A stretch of 64,000 nucleotides of DNA from Agrobacterium sp. 719_389 (GCA_943370295.1 CALRQL020000015.1:8515-72514), one strand, 5' to 3'; positions 45,988 to 54,652 are shown, numbered from the stretch's first letter. The notes: generated from the sequence alone by a model not told the origin. Numbers and translations are program-made.

Positions 45988-46470
45988 ATGATAAACGATA
46001 CCCCTTTGTGGAAACGGCTAATGGCTCATGACCTTGATAATCCCGGCGCAAAATTTCCTTTTAGTGCACGGCTGGCAAGGGAAAACGGTTGGGAGTTGCC
46101 CTTTGCACTTGATGCCATACACGAGTATAAAAAATTTATGTTTTTGCTGTGTGTAAGTGATAAACCCCTTACGCCAAGCGATGAAATTGACCAGGTATGG
46201 CACCTGCACCTGCTATACACCCGTGAGTATTGGGAGATTTTTTGCCCGCAAGTGTTGCAAAAAACCATACACCATACCCCTACCGAAGGCGGTGCTGCCG
46301 AAGGTGAAAAGTTTACCGACTGGTACGAACAAACGTTTATCGAGTATGAGAAGTATTTTGGCAAAAAGCCGCCTGAACACCTATGGCCGCCTGCAAAAAT
46401 TCGCTTTAAACAAATTAATTTTACACGAGTAAACAGAAATAGGTTTTGGCTATTGAAAAAACCTAAATAA
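45988..46470 (+). CDS. DUF1399-like (glycine-rich-domain-containing-protein-like) protein
   Basis: FSARLARENGW...EYKKFMFL...PSDEIDQVWHLHLLYTREYW matches the remembered DUF1399 core (D-x-V-W-H-x-H-x-L-x-T-x-x-Y). Confidence 0.6.
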   Translation: MINDTPLWKRLMAHDLDNPGAKFPFSARLARENGWELPFALDAIHEYKKFMFLLCVSDKPLTPSDEIDQVWHLHLLYTREYWEIFCPQVLQKTIHHTPTEGGAAEGEKFTDWYEQTFIEYEKYFGKKPPEHLWPPAKIRFKQINFTRVNRNRFWLLKKPK

Positions 46471-46478
46471 TTGTAAAC

Positions 46479-47225
46479 ATGGAGTTACTGAAAACCCTTA
46501 CCCCTGCAGAAACCTATTTTTTAGTCCACAAGGCCGAAATGAGCCAAAAACAGTTTTTGCGCTTCACCTTGATGGATTTGATATTGAAGGGTGTACTTAA
46601 TATAGTTGAGATTGAAAAAGACAATGTAAACTACACCTACGTGCAGGCCGGTGCTAATTTTAACACATACACGCACCAACCTTACGAAGAAAGCTTTTTG
46701 CGGGCCTGTAAGTTTGATGAAGGGTATCAAACATCTTTCAAAAACTATATTACTATCATTATGCCCCTTACCAAACGGTATAAACGCCAAATAGCTCAAA
46801 CGCCACACATGGGGGGCTTTTTTTACCGCACATGGCTGCAACGCAACTTAACAGGCGGCTATAGCTATACAAACGTTGGTGCACAAACGGCCACTATACT
46901 AAGTGATTTGCTAAAAAAAGCGAATGAAGAATATCGCATTGAAGGGAAGGATGCGGAAACGAAAAAACTCTTAGGCAATAACATCATACTACTTAATGAT
47001 TTTAATAGTAATGATTTAAAGGTGTTTGACGAGGAGATGAAACGTAAAGAAACAGTAAGCACTATAACCGGCGGCGATACGGGTATTGGATGGTGGTATT
47101 TTGACAGCGGGGTGAATAACGGTTTTGATGCTGATTATGGCAGTGTTTCTGATTCGTCGGGAGATTCAGGTGGGGATGGTGATTCAGGATGCAGTGGTTG
47201 CGGAGGTTGTGGGGGTGGTGATTAA
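46479..47225 (+). CDS. TIGR04222-like protein with Gly/Ser/Cys-rich C-terminal tail
   Basis: N-terminal LTPAETYFLV...LMDLILKGVL resembles the TIGR04222 start. It ends SGDSGGDGDSGCSGCGGCGGGD. Confidence 0.55.
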   Translation: MELLKTLTPAETYFLVHKAEMSQKQFLRFTLMDLILKGVLNIVEIEKDNVNYTYVQAGANFNTYTHQPYEESFLRACKFDEGYQTSFKNYITIIMPLTKRYKRQIAQTPHMGGFFYRTWLQRNLTGGYSYTNVGAQTATILSDLLKKANEEYRIEGKDAETKKLLGNNIILLNDFNSNDLKVFDEEMKRKETVSTITGGDTGIGWWYFDSGVNNGFDADYGSVSDSSGDSGGDGDSGCSGCGGCGGGD

Positions 47226-47231
47226 CCGTTG

Positions 47232-48056
47232 TTAATTACCCGAAGGTTTTGTTGGAGTGGTTTTTACCGATGGACACAGGTATAGTTTCACATCGTCGAT
47301 AAAATAGTATGCTAAGTGACTAACGCCTGTACTTTCCTCATCATACTCAATAGCCACGTCGTCATCAGTTATTACTGGTGTTCCTTCAGGCGTTAAAGCG
47401 GGCTTTTCCTTCATCTCCTCAATAATAGTTTCGGCATGATTGAAGAAATTACCCAGCGTAAGGTACCTGTACGCCGAATCGGCCAGAAACCCTAACTCAA
47501 TACGCATCCACTGGGTAGTATTTTTCACCACTTGCGATACATTTACCTGCGGTTTCTTAAAAATAGGCGTGCAACTGGTGTTTTCAGGACTTCCGGTAGT
47601 AAACAACGCACCTATATTATTGGTTGCATACAAACTGTTTGCTCCTAACGCCACATAAAACTCTAAACAATACATATTACCGGGGGTTAATGGCTGCGTA
47701 AGCTCCACACTCAGGTATTCGTGCCACTCATTAGGCTGGCAGCCCCCATCGGGCGAGTAATTAATAAACCCTACCATCACACTGCCCGAATGCGGTATCA
47801 TAAATCCCTCACCTGTATTAGGCGTGCGTGCCCAGCAATCGCTATCTGCGTAATTGCTCATCACATCAGTAGTAGTGGCTATGGGTGTAAACCAATCGTA
47901 TAGGTAATCGTTAATGTTTCCATCGTCAACCAACCAACTGCATGGAAACTCCTTAATTGTATTGGTCTCAAAATCACCGTTTGGCACTAAGTTCACCTGC
48001 GCCCTATTTAATTGGGGTGTTAGAATAAAAACAGCAAGTAATACACGGATTATCAA
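47232..48056 (-). CDS. Hypothetical secreted protein (jelly-roll/CBM-like)
   Basis: Signal-like N-terminus, then the NLVPNGDFE motif common at the start of beta-sandwich domains. TTG start. Confidence 0.6.
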   Translation of the reverse strand: MIIRVLLAVFILTPQLNRAQVNLVPNGDFETNTIKEFPCSWLVDDGNINDYLYDWFTPIATTTDVMSNYADSDCWARTPNTGEGFMIPHSGSVMVGFINYSPDGGCQPNEWHEYLSVELTQPLTPGNMYCLEFYVALGANSLYATNNIGALFTTGSPENTSCTPIFKKPQVNVSQVVKNTTQWMRIELGFLADSAYRYLTLGNFFNHAETIIEEMKEKPALTPEGTPVITDDDVAIEYDEESTGVSHLAYYFIDDVKLYLCPSVKTTPTKPSGN

Positions 48057-48202
48057 AAGAATTTCTTTTATGGTATAACGTAATTACTGTCCCCTGTTAT
48101 TGTTAACAGTACAGGATATTTTATTTATACCCACCTAATTAACTACCTACAAGTTACAATTTTTATCCAAACAATCAAAGGAGGCTTATTTCATACAACA
48201 CC

Positions 48203-48332
48203 CCATCCTGTCTTTCTGAGCGATAGCGAAGAACCTTATAACAATTCTGTTAACAGAGCGGGATAAGATGCTTCCTTCGTCAGCATGACAGTGGGAAGTG
48301 CGCCAGCCATCCTGAGCCTGCCGAAGGGTGCG
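48203..48332. repeat. Composite REP-like block, tandem copy 1 (~130 bp)
   Basis: ccatcctgtctttctgagcgatagcgaagaacc...gataagatgcttccttcgtcagcat...ccatcctgagcctgccgaagggtgcg is repeated at 48408-48537 with a handful of mismatches. Confidence 0.9.
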
Positions 48333-48407
48333 CGTGCCATAGCCATCCACAACTCTTTAGGGTATAGATTCCCGCCTGCGCGGGAATGACGGAAAGCAAT
48401 CAGCACC

Positions 48408-48537
48408 CATCCTGTCTTTCAGAGCGATAGCGAAGAACCTTATAACAATTGTGTTAACAGAGCGGGATAAGATGCTTCCTTCGTCAGCATTACAGTGGGA
48501 AGTGCGCCAGCCATCCTGAGCCTGCAGAAGGGTGCGG
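48408..48537. repeat. Composite REP-like block, tandem copy 2
   Basis: See copy 1. A different element (cccgcctgcgcgggaatgacgg) sits between the copies. Confidence 0.9.
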
Positions 48538-48584
48538 CTGGAGTATGGCGGAAATGAATAAAATTTACGAAGCGTGAACTATGC

Positions 48585-48607
48585 GATGCTGAAACACGTT
48601 CAGCATC
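48585..48607 (-). terminator. Perfect 9-bp hairpin immediately downstream of alaS (REP-like element, possible terminator)
   Basis: gatgctgaa-acacg-ttcagcatc lies 9 nt after the alaS stop. No U-tract. Confidence 0.4.
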
Positions 48608-48615
48608 ACAATAGA

Positions 48616-51531
48616 TTAAGCAGTTGCTGTGCTTGCGTGGTTTTTGGCTGCATCAAGTACTGCGCCTAAGCCGCTTACATCGCTGCCGCCTGCGGTAGCG
48701 TAGAAAGGCTGTCCGCCGCCGCCGCCTTTTACCAGTTTGGCAAGTTCACGGATTATTTTACCGGCATCAAACCCTTTATCTTTTACCAAATTATCGCTAA
48801 TCATCACGGTAATATTGGGTTTACCGCCAATTTCAGCAGTAAGTACCAAAAACAGGTTGTCTATCTCACCGCGAAGGGCAAACGCAAGGTTTTTAATAGC
48901 CTCTGCGCTGCCGATACTAACGCGTTGGGCTATGAAGTTAAGGCCGTTTACGGCTTCAACTTTTTGCTTCAATTCGGCTTTTACCTGTTGTACTTGGGCA
49001 TTTTCAAGAGCCTCTAAACGTTTTTGCAACTCGGCTTTTTCGTTCAGCAGCGTTTCGATTCCTTTTTTAAGGTCTTTGGCATTGTTCAACAAGGCTTTGG
49101 CTTCTTCTACCAAAGTAACTTGTTGGTTAATAAACTCCTCGGCTTTATCGGCAGTAATGGCCTCTATACGACGTACTCCCGCAGCCACCGAAGTTTCAGC
49201 AGTAATTTTAAAGTACCCTATTTGTCCTGTGGCAGGTACGTGGGTACCACCGCACAACTCCATGCTGTAGTTTTTATCAAAGGTGATAACACGCACGGTA
49301 TCGCCGTATTTTTCGCCAAACAAAGCAGTAGCACCTTGCGCTTGTGCCTCAGCAATGGGGATATTGCGTTGCTCGTTCAATGCAATGTTTTCACGGATTT
49401 TTTGGTTCACCATACGTTCTACGGCAGCCACTTCCTCATCGGCCATTTTCGTAAAATGGGAGAAGTCAAAACGCAAGTAATCAGGGCCTACCAAGCTACC
49501 TTTTTGGTTCACATGGTCGCCCAAAACACGTTTTAATGCCGCATGCAATAAATGCGTAGCACTGTGATTATCAGCTATTAAAACGCGACGATCTGCATCT
49601 ACTTTTGCCTCAAACACCGCTTCGGGGTTTTCGGGCAAACGGTCGGTAATGTGTATGATTAAATTGTTTTCTTTTTGAGTATCAACGATGTTTATTTTCT
49701 CGTTGGCACTTTGCAGGTAACCGGTATCGCCTACCTGCCCGCCGCTTTCAGCGTAGAAGGGAGTTTTATCCAACACTAACTGGAAAAACTCTTTGTTTTT
49801 GGCCGATACCTTGCGGTAACGCAATATGCGCGATTCAGCAGTAAGGGTATCGTAACCAACAAATTCTGTCCCATCGTCCTTCGACAAGCTTCGGACAGTA
49901 ACCCAATCGTCTTTGGTAGTTTCAGCAGCTTTACGAGAACGGTCTTTTTGTTGTTGAAGCAGTTTATTAAAGCCATCGATATCAACCTCTCCATTAAGCT
50001 CTTTAGCAATTACCTGAGTCAGGTCTATTGGGAACCCAAATGTATCATATAATAGAAATGCAAATGGGGCATCGATTGATACATTAAAAATATTTTCAGT
50101 AATACCCTCAAAAATTTTGAGTTTTGTTAAGTTCTTGTGCTCTATTTCTGATATCCATAGTTCAACTACTTTAAAATCTTCATTCCCTATTGGTGTATAT
50201 ACCAGTTCTTTATCAGAAAGAATATCAAACGCTAGTTTTTCAGCTTCAAAATAAAAGCTAAAAATATGTTTGTTAATCTCGTAATTTAACTTGTACTCTA
50301 TACCTTTTGAATCAAAAAACTCAAATAAGTTGCTAATCAGGCTACCTGTTACTTGAAGCTTTAATTGCTCTAACCCTTTTTCCAAAGTCCTCAAAAAACT
50401 GATTTCTTCTTCCAATACCACCTTCTGCACAAAATCCTGTTGTTGGCGTATTTCAGGGAAAGTAGCTCCAAATTCCTGTGTCAATATTGGCACCAACTCG
50501 TTAAAAAAGGGTTTGTTTAGGCCTAAAAAGCTATACCCATAACGCACGGCACGGCGCAAAATGCGGCGGATTACATAACCTGCGCCGCCGCTGCTCGGTA
50601 GTTGACCGTCGGCAATGGTAAAAGCCACAGCACGTATATGGTCAACAATTACACGGATGGCAATATCAGTTTTGGGGCTTCCGCCGGGTATGGCAGCAGG
50701 GTCGCCGCCTACATATTTTATTCCGCTAAGTGCTTCTACCTTGTTTATCAAGGGCATAAACACGGTGCTGTCGTAGTTACTGGTTTTGCCTTCAATAGCG
50801 CGTACCAAACGCTCAAAGCCCATCCCTGTATCTACGTGTTTATCGGGCAGTGGTTGCAGGCTGCTATCGGCCATGCGGTTGTACTGCATAAACACGTTGT
50901 TCCAAATTTCAATCACCTGCGGGTGGTCGTTATTCACTAATGTTTTACCGTCAACGGCTTGGCGTTCACTATCGGGGCGCAAATCAACATGTATCTCGCT
51001 ACAAGGACCGCAAGGACCTGTATCGCCCATTTCCCAAAAGTTATCTTTTTTATTACCGTGTAAAATACGGTCTTCGGCAATGTATTTCTTCCAACAATCG
51101 TAAGCCTCTTGGTCAAACGCAAGGTTTTCTTTCGCATCACCTTCAAACACGGTTACATACAAGCGGTCTTTGTCCAGTTTGTACACTTCGGTAAGTAGTT
51201 CCCACGCCCACGCAATGGCCTCTTCTTTAAAATAATCACCAAAACTCCAGTTGCCCAGCATTTCAAACATGGTGTGGTGGTAAGTATCGTGACCCACATC
51301 CTCCAAGTCGTTGTGTTTACCGCTCACGCGCAAGCATTTTTGAGTATCGGCCACCCGTTTGTTAGGGGCTTGTTGATTGCCCAAAAAGTAATCTTTAAAC
51401 TGGTTCATCCCCGCGTTGGTAAACATCAGGGTAGGGTCGTTTTTAATTACAAGAGGTGCCGATGGGACAATTTTGTGTCCTTTGCTTTCAAAAAAATCTA
51501 AAAACTGCTGCCTAATTTGTTGCGCGTTCAT
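48616..51531 (-). CDS. alaS: Alanine--tRNA ligase carrying an in-frame insertion
   Basis: FTNAGMNQFK, WSFGDYFK, editing-domain HSATHLLH...CGGTHV and C-terminal GGGGGQPFYATAGG. 971 aa, against about 870-880 aa for typical AlaRS. Confidence 0.95.
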   Translation of the reverse strand: MNAQQIRQQFLDFFESKGHKIVPSAPLVIKNDPTLMFTNAGMNQFKDYFLGNQQAPNKRVADTQKCLRVSGKHNDLEDVGHDTYHHTMFEMLGNWSFGDYFKEEAIAWAWELLTEVYKLDKDRLYVTVFEGDAKENLAFDQEAYDCWKKYIAEDRILHGNKKDNFWEMGDTGPCGPCSEIHVDLRPDSERQAVDGKTLVNNDHPQVIEIWNNVFMQYNRMADSSLQPLPDKHVDTGMGFERLVRAIEGKTSNYDSTVFMPLINKVEALSGIKYVGGDPAAIPGGSPKTDIAIRVIVDHIRAVAFTIADGQLPSSGGAGYVIRRILRRAVRYGYSFLGLNKPFFNELVPILTQEFGATFPEIRQQQDFVQKVVLEEEISFLRTLEKGLEQLKLQVTGSLISNLFEFFDSKGIEYKLNYEINKHIFSFYFEAEKLAFDILSDKELVYTPIGNEDFKVVELWISEIEHKNLTKLKIFEGITENIFNVSIDAPFAFLLYDTFGFPIDLTQVIAKELNGEVDIDGFNKLLQQQKDRSRKAAETTKDDWVTVRSLSKDDGTEFVGYDTLTAESRILRYRKVSAKNKEFFQLVLDKTPFYAESGGQVGDTGYLQSANEKINIVDTQKENNLIIHITDRLPENPEAVFEAKVDADRRVLIADNHSATHLLHAALKRVLGDHVNQKGSLVGPDYLRFDFSHFTKMADEEVAAVERMVNQKIRENIALNEQRNIPIAEAQAQGATALFGEKYGDTVRVITFDKNYSMELCGGTHVPATGQIGYFKITAETSVAAGVRRIEAITADKAEEFINQQVTLVEEAKALLNNAKDLKKGIETLLNEKAELQKRLEALENAQVQQVKAELKQKVEAVNGLNFIAQRVSIGSAEAIKNLAFALRGEIDNLFLVLTAEIGGKPNITVMISDNLVKDKGFDAGKIIRELAKLVKGGGGGQPFYATAGGSDVSGLGAVLDAAKNHASTATA
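50064..50345 (-). other. AT-rich in-frame insertion block within alaS
   Basis: About 28% GC by hand count over 50041-50340, against about 40-47% in the flanking alaS sequence. It encodes LISNLFEFFDSKGIEYKLNYEINKHIF...TENIFNVSIDAP between the conserved TLEKGLEQL and FAFLLYDTFGFPIDLT motifs. Confidence 0.75.
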
Positions 51532-51562
51532 TGGTGCTATTTATGCGTTTACTGCGAAGGCG

Positions 51563-51570
51563 CAAAAATA
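51563..51570 (-). promoter_or_regulatory. -7 box TATTTTTG upstream of alaS
   Basis: Exact TAnnTTTG 31 nt upstream of the ATG at 51531. Confidence 0.5.
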
Positions 51571-51676
51571 AGGGAATTTGTGAGTTGTGAGAAGGCTGAT
51601 TTGCAAGAATGTAAAAAAGCTTAGGGTCGGCTTAACTCACCCCTGATTTTTGTTTTGGCCTACTTTCAGATATTCG

Positions 51677-51817
51677 CCCTCTCTTTGCAAGAGAGTGGGA
51701 GTGTTGGCTATCAGGCAATGTTGAGTTGCTTGGCAGCAGCACCCTTCGGCAGGCTCAGGATGGGCAATCGCACTTGTTCGTCGTGCGTAAAGTCCCCTTT
51801 TAGGGGATTTAGGGGTG
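51677..51817. repeat. Intergenic mosaic of short palindromic REP-like elements
   Basis: Contains the hairpin ccctctctt-tgc-aagagagtggg (51677-51699), gcacccttcggcaggctcaggatgg (51739-51763, the reverse complement of 48307-48331) and agtccccttttaggggatttaggggtg (51791-51817, the reverse complement of 59263-59288). Confidence 0.85.
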
Positions 51818-51918
51818 GGGTTGTTTCATATTAGAATTTCTTAATTAGCGTTTAGAATTTGTCTACTCAGCCGCACTCGTCTATTGTGCGTGATATTAGA
51901 GGTTAATTACAAATTACG

Positions 51919-51926
51919 TATCTTTG
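51919..51926 (+). promoter_or_regulatory. -7 box TATCTTTG upstream of mtaB
   Basis: Exact TAnnTTTG 13 nt upstream of the ATG at 51940. Confidence 0.5.
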
Positions 51927-51939
51927 CAGACTTTAAAAA

Positions 51940-53250
51940 ATGCAGAAATCAGTAGCCTTTTATACATTGGGTTGTAAGCTAAACTTTAGCGAAAGCAGTG
52001 CCATTGCCCGCCAAATGGAGGGGGAAGGCTTTGCCCGCAAAGAGTTTACCCAAGGGGCTGATTTGTATGTAATAAATACCTGCTCTGTAACGGATAATGC
52101 GGATAAAAAATGCCGCAAAGTGGTTAAAGAGGCGTTAAAGTATAATCCTGCTGCCAATGTGGTGATTATTGGGTGCTACGCTCAGTTGAAACCGCAGGAA
52201 ATTGCCGAAATACCCGGCGTGGATATGGTGTTGGGTGCTGCAGAGAAGTTTAATCTGGCCCACCACTTAAAAGAATTGGGCAATGCTGAAAAAGCCATTG
52301 TGCACAACAGCCCGATTAAAGAGACGAATGTATTTGTGCCCGGCTTTTCGTTTGGCGACCGTACCCGTACTTTTCTTAAGGTGCAAGACGGCTGTAATTA
52401 TTTCTGCTCGTTTTGTACAATACCTTTGGCACGTGGTTTTAGCCGCAGCGATACCATTGAAAAAACAGTGGAACAAGCCCGCAATGTAGCTCAAACAGGG
52501 GTGAAGGAAGTGGTGCTTACGGGAGTAAACATTGGTGATTTTGGCCGACAAAACGGGGAAACCTTTTTTGATTTGGTGCAACAGTTGGATAATGTGGAAG
52601 GGATTGACCGTTTCCGTATCTCGTCTATAGAACCTAATTTATTAAATGAGGATATCATTGATTTTGTGGCGAAGTCGCAAAAGTTTGTACCTCATTTTCA
52701 TATTCCCTTACAAAGCGGCAGTAATAAGATTTTGAAGTTGATGCGCCGCCGTTATATACGCGAGTTGTATGCCGACCGTGTAGCACGTATTAAGGCTGCA
52801 ATGCCTAATTGCTGCATAGGTGTGGATGTGATTGTTGGGTTTCCGGGTGAGACTGAAGAAGACTTTTTAGATACCTATCGTTTTATTAACGAGTTGGATA
52901 TATCGTATTTGCACGTGTTCCCCTACAGCGAGCGTGAGAACACCACCGCTGTGCGTATGGAAGGGGTAGTGCCTCAAAAAGAACGTGGCCGTAGGGCAGA
53001 GATGTTACGCATCTTATCTGAGAAAAAACGCCGCAGCTTTTACGAGCAGCACATTGGCGGTACGTTTACAGTATTGTTTGAGGCCGAGGAAAACGGCGGT
53101 ATGATGAACGGTTTTACCGAAAACTATATCAAGGTAAAAACGCCTTACGATCCGTTGCTGGTAAATGAACTGGTGGAGGTGAGACTAACTGGCATTGATG
53201 CCGACGGTGAAGTAACGGTGGAAGAAACGACCATTCCTGTAGCTCATTAA
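51940..53250 (+). CDS. mtaB: tRNA t6A37 methylthiotransferase MtaB (radical SAM)
   Basis: VAFYTLGCKLNFSESSAI N-terminus (MtaB-type), radical-SAM CNYFCSFCTIP and a C-terminal TRAM-like region. Confidence 0.88.
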   Translation: MQKSVAFYTLGCKLNFSESSAIARQMEGEGFARKEFTQGADLYVINTCSVTDNADKKCRKVVKEALKYNPAANVVIIGCYAQLKPQEIAEIPGVDMVLGAAEKFNLAHHLKELGNAEKAIVHNSPIKETNVFVPGFSFGDRTRTFLKVQDGCNYFCSFCTIPLARGFSRSDTIEKTVEQARNVAQTGVKEVVLTGVNIGDFGRQNGETFFDLVQQLDNVEGIDRFRISSIEPNLLNEDIIDFVAKSQKFVPHFHIPLQSGSNKILKLMRRRYIRELYADRVARIKAAMPNCCIGVDVIVGFPGETEEDFLDTYRFINELDISYLHVFPYSERENTTAVRMEGVVPQKERGRRAEMLRILSEKKRRSFYEQHIGGTFTVLFEAEENGGMMNGFTENYIKVKTPYDPLLVNELVEVRLTGIDADGEVTVEETTIPVAH

Positions 53251-53290
53251 TTCAAGCTATTTACAAGTGATTTTAAAACAGTGGGGTTGC

Positions 53291-54457
53291 CTACCTGCTG
53301 ATGACCATTTTTGATACGGTAGTATTTCCGTTAACGGTAAAGGCAATTGTATAAATCCCGTTTGGTAATTCGCTAATGTTTATGGGGTTTTGCGGTTGCT
53401 TCTCTATATAGCAAGGCTGCCCTAATGGGTTGTAAATGGTTAACTCATCCACAATCCCCTCTATGTAAATAGTTTCATTGGCAGGATTGGGATAAGCGGT
53501 TACTCCTGTCTGTGCGTTGTCAACCCCTAACGATGAAGGAGGTTTAGGGTTGGTTGTCAATCGTTTCCAATCAAAATAAGCATATACGGGGTAGTGGTCA
53601 GAAGTGTTGTTGCTAAAATTAGCAATGTAATTTCCGGCATTGTCAAACACCTTTGATGATGCAGGAATGTACAAACTGTCCATGCTTTTTGCTATCATGA
53701 TGTGGTCAATCATTTTATTGCCAAAAGCCCATGAGTTTTTGCCGGCATCCGTAAGTTGTTTGGTGGCAAAAAGGTAACCATCGTTCAAAAAATTACCGTA
53801 AGGGGTAGGCATATTGTTATAAAGCGAGGTATTCAAATCATCGTTCCAATCGCCCAGTATTATGTATTTCTTTCCGGCAAGGTATTGCTCAACATAGGTT
53901 TTTAAATGCCCCGCAGCTTCTTTGCGGCGATTGTACGAATCTTGCTTTTCAGTAGTATTACCGGTATGTGCCTTCATGTGTACTACAATACAGTACAGAG
54001 TGTCTACTCGGTCGTTTTGTTTAGTCCTAAGAGCCACTTGCAATGGTGGTCGCGTAGCAAAAGCACTGTTAGCATACTGGTTCAATATGTTTTTGCTTAA
54101 ATCGGGTATCAACTCAAACATACTTTTCTTATATAGTAAGCACATTTTTTGTGTTGCCTGAAAGGTTGAGTTAATGCCGCCGTAGGTGCTAAACAAAGCA
54201 TCGCTAAGGTTGAAAAAAGTATTGGCATTTGCCATTTCCTGCAAAGCAATAATATCAAACCCTGTTTGATTGATAACGGTTTTAACATTGTTAAACTGTA
54301 GGTTTTCGTCGGTAGGACCATAGCCGCTTTCACCCAGCCATTCCACATTCCAAGTGGCAATATCCAGCAAAGTATCGTTCCCCAATTTAGGTATTTGAGC
54401 AACTGCCGAAATCGAAACCATGGCGACCGCCAACACCAAACAAAACCGTTTAATCAT
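53291..54457 (-). CDS. Endonuclease/exonuclease/phosphatase (EEP) family protein with T9SS type-A C-terminal domain
   Basis: IATWNVEWLG, DIIALQE, GDWNDD and SDHYPV EEP motifs. C-terminal AYPNPANETIYI...GIYTIAF...MVISR. Confidence 0.85.
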   Translation of the reverse strand: MIKRFCLVLAVAMVSISAVAQIPKLGNDTLLDIATWNVEWLGESGYGPTDENLQFNNVKTVINQTGFDIIALQEMANANTFFNLSDALFSTYGGINSTFQATQKMCLLYKKSMFELIPDLSKNILNQYANSAFATRPPLQVALRTKQNDRVDTLYCIVVHMKAHTGNTTEKQDSYNRRKEAAGHLKTYVEQYLAGKKYIILGDWNDDLNTSLYNNMPTPYGNFLNDGYLFATKQLTDAGKNSWAFGNKMIDHIMIAKSMDSLYIPASSKVFDNAGNYIANFSNNTSDHYPVYAYFDWKRLTTNPKPPSSLGVDNAQTGVTAYPNPANETIYIEGIVDELTIYNPLGQPCYIEKQPQNPINISELPNGIYTIAFTVNGNTTVSKMVISR

Positions 54458-54485
54458 ACAGCGAAGGTACGGGTTTGAGATAGCT

Positions 54486-54652
54486 TAGGGAATAAATCCC
54501 TATGTTATTGATAATGATTGAGGGCTCAATTTTCTCAATAGAATCGGGTTTTATACCCGATGTCTTAGGTCATCATAGGGAATAAACCCCTATTTATTGA
54601 TAATGATTGATGTTACAATACTCTCAGTCGAGTCGGGTTTTATACCCGACGT
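54486..54652. repeat. Two tandem ~78-bp units, each with two small hairpins
   Basis: The units at 54486-54563 and 54576-54652 share tagggaataaaYccctatKttattgataatgattga...tcgggttttatacccgaYgt. The hairpins are taggga/tcccta and tcgggt/acccga. Confidence 0.9.

Noticed and set aside
48203-48537. Possible CRISPR array in the alaS-downstream repeats
   Set aside because: There are only two copies of a ~130-bp composite block, separated by about 75 bp. There are no 25-40-bp repeats alternating with unique spacers and no cas genes in the window.
48737-49536. Two overlapping ~170-aa plus-strand ORFs
   Set aside because: Both are antisense to alaS and Ser/Ala/Phe-rich, which is typical of shadow frames.
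50064-50345. alaS insertion as an intein
   Set aside because: At about 80-100 residues it is shorter than known mini-inteins. There is no Cys/Ser nucleophile at the N-terminal junction, no His-Asn followed by Cys/Ser/Thr at the C-terminal junction, and no Hint or LAGLIDADG/HNH blocks visible.
54486-54652. Possible CRISPR or tRNA-like structures in the efp-upstream repeats
   Set aside because: There are two ~78-bp units only. The hairpins do not assemble into a cloverleaf, and there is no T-loop GTTCRA motif.
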